Shown one piece after another: positions 38,910 through 52,155 of a stretch of DNA of 64,000 nt (the first letter of the stretch is position 1; every line of letters starts with the position of its first letter). The position numbers were made by a program, and so were the translations under genes. Source of the stretch: Chrysomallon squamiferum (taxonomy: Eukaryota > Animalia > Mollusca); assembly GCA_012295275.1 (NCBI GenBank), contig CM022678.1, forward strand, positions 18,042,001 to 18,106,000, written 5' to 3'. The notes below the pieces were generated by a model that did not search any database, was not told the origin of the DNA, and saw nothing but the letters and a program-made list of their open reading frames with translations.

Positions 38910-40545
38910 CGTTCTGAAAAACAAGAAATAAACCTTTAAAAACATCATTCAGATAATGATAAATATTGGAAAATGACTGTATTCTTCTGTCGTTACGGCT
39001 AGACTAAAAAGATCCTCATATTTGTCACTTTCACTGGCCAATCTCCTAAAATTTCAGCTTCCACGTCATCTTTAAATAAAACACCTGCATACCACCGAAG
39101 CAATGTTTTTGTAGTTCTTCAAGGGAGATAAATAACAAGGGTGTCACTGCCAAAACATGGCAAATTGTGGACGCAATGCAAGCATTAGAAAAAAGAAAAA
39201 GAAACAATAATAATAATAATAAAAGAGATTAAAAAATTAAAAGCTTCGTAATGACTACCAATAATTGGTGTTTCTAAATGACCCCTTAATAAAGTTGATG
39301 ACGTAATCAATATTCGCGCGTGACGTATGATTTAAGTGTCATATTACAACATTCTAAATGAGGCTAGTGCAAATTTACGTAAAATTGATCTACAGATTCT
39401 GTCAAATATTTATCATTCCGGACCATATTCAGTTCAGAGTTATCTACCTTAGAAAGAATATAGATATATATTTTTTTATATTGGTATTAATATTAGCATC
39501 TGACAGAAAAACCAATAAGTAAAATAAATAAATAAATACAAAATAAAATAAAATAAAAATAATTTTAATTAAAAAATTAAAAAGTAAAAAAAAAAAAAAT
39601 ATAAAAAAAAAAAAAAAAAGTAAAAACATAAAAATGAATTAAAAAATAGAAATGTGTAGATAATTAAAGAATAATAATAATAAAATAATGTAAATATCAA
39701 AATAAAAAAAAATAAATAAATAAATAAAAAAAAATAAAATAAAATAAAAAAAAGTAAAATAATAATTAAAAACGAATAATGTGTGTGTGTTTGTGTGGAT
39801 GAACGAACTTAAATTTCTTCCGCTCTCTTATCCTAAACATTTTGATTTTATATACATCGTATTGTGTGTGTATGTATGTTTGTTTATTGATATCTATTTA
39901 GTATCGCATTTATGTTATACACGACAATATGTCAGACAATGTTATAGTTATCGGTTTAGTTTTATTTCTGTGCTGACACCCACACATAAGTAACAAAGAA
40001 TTAAATGTTAAAATTAATCAATACTACCTACACACTGATATAACCATTAGTCAGGAGATAATAATGGCTTACCTTGTAACAGTTTATAGTCACGTGACAA
40101 TAGCAGGTAGAATTAGTTCTCTGTTGTATTTGCTTCGAATTTTGTCTAAATTACGTTGATCTCGACATGGTTAGTGTTTTGACATTAATGCAAATGGAGG
40201 ATTCTCGTGTTATGAGTAAATACCAAAAGTTTCGAAGTTACGAGACCTACCCTTCTTCTCGTTCGTTTGTCCTGGATTGTTCGTACTCTTCCGATACAGT
40301 ACGAACAGTTCGTAAATAATAGTAATTCTACTTTCGACCTTTTCCGTACACTGATCGGATATTTTCGGAAAATGTCAAAGGAAATAAACCGTTAAATTTA
40401 AGAATCTTTTGTGTATGGAACAAGGATTTATTTTAAAAGTATGTGACTTCGCAGATGTTATTTAGTTCACGTCACTTTTTATTTTTATTTGTAAAAAACT
40501 TGTAAAAGACGGGCATTTTATTTTTTTTAAATTTTTTTTAAAATA

Positions 40546-40590
<45 letters not shown>

Positions 40591-41187
40591 TAAACAGGTT
40601 TCCATTAACCAGTGTTGCCATCTATCTGATCAAATAATTTTTTTTATTTATAATTTTGTACATACATTTATCCATTTTCCAAAGAACATTTCCAAACTAC
40701 TTTCAGTAGTTCTGCCAAGTCCACCAGTATTATCAGTTTCTTGAAAATTATACAGACAATACGAAAGCAAAATTAAAACTTCTACATTTTATTGCAAATA
40801 CATGTATCGTTATATACAGCAAATCTGAGGTACAAATCAAATTATCTTGCATTTACATAAGTAGTACATACATAAAATGCTATACAGAAAAGGCTTTTGA
40901 GTAGTTCTATTTTTAATTATACGCACCTACGTATGTACAAATATACCCTTTTACAAAACAATGTCTGTGTTTACCTAGTAACAGCATTCGTGGAATGTAT
41001 GATTATACAACACATTTTCTAAACACAGCAACATGTGAAGTGTTTACTAAAGGGACACAATCATAAATGGAGATAACTCTTGTGCTAGTTTGTTTCTTTG
41101 TGCAGTGATTTCAGTAAATAAAGCTATATTTTTCTGTAATAACTATTTTTTAAATATTTTTGCTGGTATTGAGAATTATTGTTATGA

Positions 41188-41219
<32 letters not shown>

Positions 41220-41701
41220 ACAAATAAATGAATAAATAAAATTTAAAAAAACCCCAAAAACCCCACAAAAACACCTTTTAAAACCCAGACAAAAATTTCC
41301 TAAAAAAAATGTGTATTGTAATGATTATTATTATAATGATGATGATGATGATAATAAATAACAAGAGACAAAACAGTAACAATAGCAGCTGTTAAAAAGA
41401 TATAATAAAAAAAATTTGAATGTTAAAAAAAATTGCAGTTACTTATTAAATGAACAAATTAAAACAATTTCATACAAACAGTGATGTTGTCGTAGTTGTG
41501 AATGTCAGTAGCATTGCTGATGTTCAACAAGATTGCAATTTAGCCATAGCTATTCAAATATGGAATTATATGAAATGCTTATATTAAAAAAAAAAAAAAA
41601 ATATGTACTTTACTTAAAATGGATTAGCAACAGCAATAAGAATGATAATAATAATGATATCCATAATAATAATAATAATAATAGAAGTAATAATAAAACT
41701 G

Positions 41702-41737
<36 letters not shown>

Positions 41738-42173
41738 CTGATAATAATAAAAATAATAATGTTATATTCATTCTGAGATTGTGAAAAAGGCAGAACTTTC
41801 TCTAAATAAACAAAACGTCACAAAAAATAAAATAAAAATAAAAGTGACTCGATGTTTCAAGATGAACTGTACACTGAAAAAAGCATCACTCTAAACACAC
41901 ACTGTGATTGAACATCTATAATGTGGACTGAAAACACGACTCAGTACACACAGATTTCAAAATACACATCATATGCATGAATAAAACATCCATATGTGAA
42001 AACATTATGTTACTAAACACAAAATATTTATTTCAAATATGGCAGATTTAGTGACTGTGAACACAAAAAAAAAAAACACATCTAACATTTTCAGCTGAAT
42101 CATGTACGTGTATCTACTATAAACATTTCATCAGTAAATATTTTAACTATTTTTTTCATTATAATATATATAC

Positions 42174-42206
<33 letters not shown>

Positions 42207-42692
42207 CAAATGTTACACTCACTAATAAACCAACAACACTGTATAATCGTTATTTTTACATCAAAACTTAGGAATGTAAAATTTGAAAATTCACCTGGAA
42301 TGAAAATTTTGTGTGAGTGAAACTTACACCAAGGCTCTTATTAAACAAAACTGAGTACACTGAATTCTTGTAAAGACAATGCATAGTTTAAAAATCATCA
42401 ATGTTTGAAGAAGCTGGTGGGAGACATGATTGCTTTTACTGTTAGAGGATAATGCCACCAGTGGTGTTTTAGGTTTTAAAAATGGCGTCCTTAATTTACT
42501 GGCTTTACAAACCTATTGCCAGTACTGCCTAGGTTAATTAAGAACACTAAAGCATGTATAAATTAATTCCTTATTTGAATTCTGTTTGTGTTAAAACACT
42601 TATTTGCTGTTTCATTTCAAATGGTGATGGTAACACCATCAAAGATAATCAAAGATGTCTGTTATTTCATTACTTTAAGTATAAATAATGAA

Positions 42693-42723
<31 letters not shown>

Positions 42724-42850
42724 CTAAATAAATAAATAAATAATTAAATGAAACTTGGAAATCCTGAAATCTTTTTATGATAAATAATTTTAACTGGTGT
42801 TGAAATCTGATATTAATACAAGATATATTTTAAATTAAATAAAACAACAG

Positions 42851-42893
<43 letters not shown>

Positions 42894-43590
42894 TAATGAT
42901 AAAATAAATTTTCTCAAAGCTGAACAGCTTTTATATCACATAAGTTTTCAGTGTCTAAAAAATAATATTAAAAAGAACCTAAAACAAAAAACAACACTAT
43001 AGTTAACAAAGCAAAAATAAAACAGAACAAAAAAAAAAAAAAAAAAAAAAAAAGAACCCAAAAATAAAAAAAAAAAAAAAAAAAAAAAAAATGAAAAGAA
43101 AAGGGAATAGAAATTTTTAAAATGTGCATGCATGGTGTTGTTCAAAATGTGAGAACATTTTTTATATAATTTGAATTTATTGGGATCTAACTTGAGATGA
43201 TATATTTTCACTGTACAGTTAAAATTATAATAAAAACATCTCTGCACCTGTAATCATTAAAACAAATACAACATCACTTTTATTATAGTCATTATTAAAC
43301 TATCACTTAAATCACTATTGCAATCAAGTCACAAATCATTCATCACATCACAACTCGTCAAGTTAAGATGTTATTCATAATTTTATTTATAACACCTATC
43401 TTATGCTTTGGGTTACAGATTTATTTAATGTACAGGTTGCCTAACATCAAACTGTGAATAATATAGATATTTATACATGCTACATATCATGATACAGTGA
43501 AACATTTGCATATATATTTCACAGGTAATTAATATTATTTCAACTAGCTTTCACACTACTGTCATAATAATAATAATAATAAAGGTTAAC

Positions 43591-43651
<61 letters not shown>

Positions 43652-44393
43652 AAATATTTGTAACATCCATTAAAATTAGATATAAAAAGGAGAAAAATAA
43701 ATTAAAAACAAAAGGACAGAGAACCAATTTTAATATTTTAACAAAATGAATTTCTTTAAAGCAATAAAAATTGTTTTTGTTACTACAAGAATACTGTCCA
43801 TTAGTTGTTGTTTTTTTGTGTGAAAATGGAAATATTTTAGATTTTCTTTTTAAAAACCTGTTTACAGCCACTTTAAATATATATTTATTGCATATCATGA
43901 ACATATTTTGGCAAATGACAGTGCATAAAGTGGCAGAAACTTAATAAATTAATATACTGAGTTATCTCTCTCTTCATCTGCCTTGAATAAAGGGAGATAA
44001 TTAGAATGAAAACAAATCCTTTCCCATAAAATAAAATATAAAATGCAATTAAAAAACATACAAACAAACAAAAGCAAAAACAATAAAAGAATGTAATTAA
44101 ATTTTAAACAAATAAGAAACAATAAGAAAAAAACAACAACCAAGCAAACAAAACATATTTAGCATTGAAAGAAAAAATAAATAGTATCCAAAACATTAAC
44201 TAGGTCAGTTCTAATTAAATCCTGTCAGGATACAAAACTTTACATTATTTTGTATCATATTACTTTATAAGTATCTACACGTGTATCTACATCATCATCA
44301 TCATCATCGTCACTGTATCACCAGCTACATTCACAAATAATTCAATTCTGACAGCTAAATATGTATGTTTCAATGGTTAACCTGTGACCTTTA

Positions 44394-44424
<31 letters not shown>

Positions 44425-44723
44425 AATAGTAAATTAATACGTATGTAAATAAACTAGTAAGAAAACAAACAAACAAACAAGAAAAATAAACAAACAGGTA
44501 AGTAAACAAGCAAGTAAGTAAATAAACACAACAAACAAACAAACAATAACATAAACAAATAAATAAAAAAGCAAGTATATTAAATAAATAAAAATAGATG
44601 AATAAAATAATGTTCTTATTACAATTCAATGGGCTATACAACTTTAAATCTCATTCAAACAAAAAACACAACTAAGATATTTGCAATAAATAAAAAAAAA
44701 AATAAAAAAAAAAAAAAAAATAT

Positions 44724-44766
<43 letters not shown>

Positions 44767-45429
44767 CAAAATCTAAATAAAATAAGTTAGTAAGAATTAT
44801 AATTTAATGAAATCTAACCATTTCCCACCCAAGAAAAAAACGAAAAAAAACAAAAAAAGCTATTGTGCAGGACTTGATACAGCTTGATCACTGATGCTGT
44901 AATTCATCTATTAAAGGTATTTTTTGACATGTAATACCTGAGTTTTTAATTTTGACATCACACACACACACACACACACACACACATGCACACACACACA
45001 GACTCACACACACACACAAAAACAACCACACCTCACACGTACAAAAACCTGTAACACTTTTTCATCCACATGAAACTCAGAAACAAATCTTTGATTTACT
45101 AAAAGTTCTTCTCGAGACATTTATCTTTCTAACAAAAACTGTTCTGCTCTAAAAATCACTTCTCAGTCTGTCTACAGTTTACACTTTCCTCTTTTCCTCA
45201 TCTTCACTTCATCGGATCAAAACACAGCAGCTCTCATAAGCAAAAAGACTGGAAACAAAAACACAATTCTGCGCTAAAATTATTTCTCAACGTATTTACT
45301 ATTTTTACACTTTTCTCATCTCTTTTCTACACCAACCACTACACTGACTCATCAGCTGCTGCAATGGCTGTCTGAGTAAAATGATTCAAGAATGGTGCTA
45401 GTTGTAAAGGAATTCCTAGGTGGAAGTCG

Positions 45430-48301
45430 TCAGAATATACTTGGTGAGCGAGACCAGTTCCTGTCCCAGTATTCCTCGGTGAACAGCCAGTCCTCTCTCC
45501 CAGTGGTGGGATGAGGGGCGTATCTAAACCACCTGAAAGTAAGTAAATAAATAAATAAATAAATAAATGAATGAATGAATGAATGAATGAATGAATGAAT
45601 AAATAAAATAAATAAATAAATAAATAAGTAATAAAGTAAATAAAATAACTAAATAACTAAAATAAATAAATACATAACTAACTAACTAAATAAATAAATA
45701 AATGAACAAACACAAATAAATAAATAAATAATAAATGAATGAATAAATAAATAAATATAAATAAAAATAATAAACATACTTTTGTATTGAAGGAGTTATA
45801 GAAAATAAAATACAAAATATATTAGTGGAGGTATATGTGGATCAGTATGTGGCTGTGTGTATGTGTGCGTGTGCGTGTGAGTTAATATTTTCATGTGTGT
45901 AACAGTTGTGTGTATAATACATGAACCAACATACTGGGGCTGCAATGAATAACACATTCAATTTTTAACATATCTCAGATTTTTTTTAAAGACATGAACA
46001 TTGTCATTTCCAGGCCAAAATTTCAAGTTAACATCTATTGTACCTTTTACGCAAGGCCAAAATCCAAAATTGATATAGAAAAAAGAACAAAATGTTAAAT
46101 TTCAATGTTTTTTTTGTTTGTTTTTGTCTCACTAATATTTGAAAAGTTTTATATTTACAACAACAATTAACCCACAAATGTATGCACACAGACACAATGA
46201 AGAACATAAGAAAATGTTTCCACTCACCATCAAACCATACAAACATGCATGCTAGCCATATATACATATAAATAAATAAAAATTAAACTGTAGGACCTAG
46301 TCCTCAAACCATACAGACATGCATGCACAGAGACATCACATCAGTCTATTTTTATAACTAAATTTCTCAGCTACAGTTGTTGATCACTAATGTACCTAGG
46401 GTCCCACTCTTCTCCTTTCTTCTTTCTGTCTTTTCTTGCAGCTCTCTGCTGTTCTTCCAATCTATTCTTTTCATCAGCAGCAGAATCTAAAACAGTTGAA
46501 GTGAAGTCAGAAAAGATTTGAATAATTTGTTCAGTTAGTTAAACAGATAGTAAAAATTTGAATATTTTTTTTTTTTTTTTTAATTATATTTCGCTGGTTG
46601 CATTTAATGTTAAATGTCTGAATTTTAAAAACAAAAAAAATAAAATAAATAAAAATACAAAAAAAAAAAAAAAAAAAAAATAGAAAACAAAAGATAACTG
46701 AAATAAAGCTAACTCTAAAATGGAGACATTAGCTTATCTTTTACTTAAATTAACACATACACATTCAATAAATAAATAAATAAATAAATAGAATAATAAA
46801 AAGCAAAAAAAAAAAGAAAAAAGAAATAATAATAAAAAATAAAATATAGTTAAAAAGTTAAAAAAAGAAAAGAAATACAAAATAAAATTTAAAAAAATTA
46901 AGCAACCAAATCAAATATTATGAAAATAAATTCAAAATGATATACATATAATAAAAGATGTACTACCTATCTTTCCTTCCTCTAGAAGTCTGATATCAGG
47001 TCTGAGTCTTGCGTCTGTAGACGGCAGTTTTAGACTCATCCCTTCCTTCAACTCATTCAGTGACATCGCAAACAGTGTGAACGCAAAATACTGAAACAAC
47101 AATAACATAATATTAACAAATAACAATAATAACAACAACAACAACAACAACAACAATAATAACAAAATAATAATATTAACAATAATAGAAATAACAATAA
47201 AAATAATAACAATAATGATAATAATAATAATGAACAATAATAATAATAATAATAACAATAATAAACAACAACAATAATAATAATGATAATAATAACAGTA
47301 GTAGTTACAATAAAGATGGTGATAACAAAAAAAAAAAAGTAATAACAGTAAGTATAAAAATAATAATGATAATACTGATAATAAAGTGACATCAAGACAA
47401 CCTACAACTATGATGATGATGATTATGATTATAAACAACAATTATTAACAAATGACACAAAAAATTCAGAAATGAAAACGTCTAATAAAATTCATTATTA
47501 CCTTGTTAATTTAAATGCCCTATAATAAATTCTAAATAACAACATATGACAATATAATAATGCTGTCAATAAGTAATAAAACTGTCATTTTGCACCTTCA
47601 CAGGAGTTTTGACATAACTGAAATATATGTCACAAATACATGTGATGATGACATGACAACACCAAAATGGTGACATGTAGATATTTTTTTAATCAACCCT
47701 TCATTTAACAGACCCTTAATTTGGAATATCTGGACAATCTGCTGAACATCAGAGTGAGTTAAAAAAGTGACTTTAAAAGTAAATTTAGTTCTGTATAAAA
47801 AAATTCTACATTGTTAATATTTGGGCTATTTCTAACACTTTTAAAACATCTGGATTTTTTATTTTCTGGACGTCCTTTACTCTACATTAATTATTAACTG
47901 ATACCAGAGGGTAATTTCTGGACATTCCTTACCACATATTCAATATTAATTGATACCAGAAGGACAATAAAAACATAAAAAAACTGTAACTTTCAGATAT
48001 GCAGAATATATTTATAAGATTTTTTAGTTGTTTTTTTATTAATTTCTGAAGGTAAAACTTTGAGAATTTTGTTTTCTAGTTTTGTGCAAATTTCAACCTG
48101 CTCAGAGTCTGGGGGTCTGGGCGTGGCTCTCCACAGACACTGCTGTTCTGGGATCTCCAGTTCGTAGGCACTCAGAGGCGAGGGCAGGTCCTCGGAAATG
48201 TCATCTTCTGAACTCACCGGAATTGACGAGCCATTTGCCTGGGGAAAAAAAAAAAAAAAAAAAATCATAATAAAAAAAATAGTAATAAAAAAAAAAAAAT
48301 A

Positions 48302-48346
<45 letters not shown>

Positions 48347-51112
48347 CACACAAATAGAGGAACAAACACAAAAAACCTGCCACCACAACAGCAACAAGAA
48401 AAAACCCACTCCCCAACATATAATAAAAAAGTTAATCTTAAATAAGAGTTCTGTTACATAATAATCATGATGATTTTTACTTAATAATGTCATACAACAG
48501 TGTCAAAATACTAGTCTTGTAGAACACTTTTAACATAGTGACTGTGTAACAACTGACGTGCAACAGTTCTAACATACTAACCTTGAACAGTGATTCTAAC
48601 AGTTATTAGAGTTATTAAACTACAATAATTTTGACTTAGTAATGTTCTATAATGGTTCCAGAATAAAAGCCATGATTTTTAAAACAACAACAACAACTGC
48701 ATAATGATTAATTTGATCAGTTCTAACATATTAACCTTCAACAGTATAATAACAGTTCTGACTTAGTAATTATTTCATCCATGATTTTGACTTAATGATG
48801 TCTAACTGTTCCAAAATACAACTCTTGAACAGCAATTTTAACACACTAACCATGTACTAACTATATGATTCTGATTACTGAGTTCTAACATATACTAACC
48901 ATGTACTAACTATATGATTCTGATTACTGAGTTCTAACATATACTAACCATGTACTAACTATATGATTCTGATTACTGAGTCCTAACATACTAATGTTGT
49001 AATAACGCTATAATGATTCTGATTATTGTTTTAACACACTAACCATGTACTAACTGTATAAAGATTCTGACTTATTAAAGTTCTAACATACTAACCTTGT
49101 ACTAACTGTATAAAGATTCTGACTTATTAAAGTTCTAACATACTAACCTTGTACTAACTGTATAAAGATTCTGTCTTATTAAAGTTCTAACATACTAACC
49201 ATGTACTAACTGTATAAAGATTCTGACTTATTAAAGTTCTAACATATAATTGTTTGTATAAAGATTCTGAATTGGTGCTGGATGATTTGTTAACATACTA
49301 ACTGTATAAAGATTTGACTTATAAAGTAACACACTAACTGTTCTCTTATTAAAGTTCTAACATACTAACCTTGGATCATTGTTTGGAGAAATGGTGCTGG
49401 ATGATGTTGCAGCATGTTCTCAAACAATGACAACACCCAGTTACCATAGAGAGCTTTTAACTTCTTCTTTCTGCAGAAATGGAAAAAAAATTAGTATTGA
49501 TTATGATAAATAAATAAATAAATAAATAAAATAATAAAAAATAATAATAATAATAACATCAATATCAATATCAAAAACAATAATAAAAAAAAATAAATTA
49601 AAAAAATGTAAAAACAAATATACATAATAAAATAAAATGGCTGAACCTCTTTTCCAGTATCATTCCTTTCAAAGCAGAAAAGAAATTTTAACAATTAGCA
49701 TCATAAACAAGTCATTGCAGACAAGCAGCATATCTATAAATTAAAATGTTTAAAAATAGATAAAAGCTGGCGGTTTCACCTGTTGATGACACATCAGAAA
49801 TACGACAGGTGTGCAATTACCTGCTTGCCTCGTTAATTCCAGGTAGTTCACCACCTGGCTAATATTAATAATCATCTTTATTTAACAGCAGAGAGAGAAC
49901 TTCCTTCCTTGTTTCTGCTGCTATGGTTATGGGTTCATTTGCATAAACAGTACAAGAGAAAACAGGTGCTCTTTTGTTCAGTGCTCTGGTCTTTGTGTTT
50001 ATATTTGTGAATTTGTAAGAATGTGAACTGCATGATGAAGACTTAATTGTCAGGAAAGATTTTTTTACAACTTAGGTTAAATAAATGATTCTGTTATTTA
50101 TGGTAATGCAAAAATGCAAATAAAGCTAAATTTATTTGTTAGGGTGAATTTTTAACAACTTTGGTTTACAATTATTGTTCTGTTACTTATGACAATGTAA
50201 TGCAATTTTGTGTTATTGTTTGAGAATTTGTAAGAATGTCAGACTGTTACCATGAAGACTTAATTGTCAGAAAAGATTTTACAATATATTCTAAAACTAT
50301 GGTTCTGATACTTATGGTAATGTAAATACAGAAAATGTATTTGCTAGAATAAAGTTTTATCAGCTTTGATTAAAATTATGACAATCATTTATTACAATCT
50401 AATGCAGTCTTGTGAATTTGTAAGAATATAACAGCATGTAGAATAATTAACAGCATGGTGAAGACTTAATTGTTAGAAAAGATTTTACAACATATTCTAA
50501 TGCATATTCTGACACTTATCACAATCCAATGCAATAAAGCAAGTATTTTTTGTGAGAATAAATTTTTACAAGTTAGGAGGAATCTGTGATTCTAATGTTT
50601 ATGGTAATGTAATGCAATAAAACAAATTTATTTCTTAGAATAAATTTTAACAGTCAGGTGAAAATTGTGCTTCTGTTATTTGTGTCAATTTAAACGGAAA
50701 AAAAAAAAAAAAAAAAAATAAAAAGCCAATTTATTTGTTACAAAACTGCTGTTATAGATAAAAATAAATATATCTGTTAGCATGTATTTGTACAATTCAG
50801 GATGAACGTATGGTTCTACTATTTATGGAAATGTAATGCTATCAAGTAAATTTGTTTATTAGAATATGTTTTAACAACAGTTTAAAATGATTATGATTTG
50901 TGTGTCAATTTAAGTGGAAAAATAAAAAAAAATAAAAAGGAAAAAAACTGAATCATTTATTTGTTAGAATATATTTTTCTAACTTGGGGCTGATCAGTAA
51001 TTCTGCTGTTGTTTATGACAATATGAAAGAACCACAAAAATAAATTTGTCAGAAATTGTTTTATCATGACTGTATCCTTTACAATGTTGAAAAGATAATA
51101 CCAAGTTTGTGT

Positions 51113-51164
<52 letters not shown>

Positions 51165-52111
51165 TGTAAGAAAAGTAGAGAGGTAGATAAAACTTTTTAG
51201 ACATCATTGTGTTGAAAAAAGAGATATGAACAATAACTGTAATTAATTTTGAGTATTATTATTTTAAGAGAAGCAAGAAAATCTTACTCTGAGTCGTAGA
51301 TGAAACCTTCTACTTTGTGCAGATCTTTGCCAAACCAGCCTCCTTCTTTAAAGTTTAACACAGCTTTCACTTTAGTGCTGTGATTCAACAGTTCCACAGT
51401 TCCAGTCTTTTTACAGAAAGAAATAACAATAACAGTAACAGTGATAATAATGATAACAGTAGTTGTAGTAGTAATAGTAGTAGTAGTAGTAATAATAATA
51501 ATAATAATAATAATATTAGTAATAAAATAATAATAATAATAATAACTGAAATAATAAAACTAATAATTACAGAACAACTACTACTAATAATAATAAAATA
51601 ATGAAAACAAAAATTAAATAAAAACTATCAGAAACATCAGTTATTTTTTGTGTCATCACTTTTTAGCTGAAAGAATCTATTATAAACATTTTGGCCTGAA
51701 GATAACAAATTGTAATAAGTTTTGAAGTAAAAGTTCAACAAATTTTTATTACTTTTTATACAATAATGATAAATAGTTATTATCAATAAATATAATATAA
51801 AGAAGTAATATCTTAATTTAAAAAAAACAAAAAACAAGAAAAAAGAGTTCACATTAAAATCAGTATTCTGAACTTAAGCAAAAATAGTAAATCTAAACCC
51901 TTAGAATGTTAGATACATCAAAAATATTTATACTTGATGGAAAAGAAAAGAAAATAACAACAATCAAAATGTGTACTAATTAAAAAACAAAATTAAAACT
52001 TACCAGTTCCACCCAGAGTTTGCCCACAATGACGTTGTGAACACTGCAGTTGACGTTGTGCCATGTGTATGTTTCGTTGTAGCTGTAAAACAAAACAAAA
52101 CAAAAAATTTA

Positions 52112-52155
<44 letters not shown>

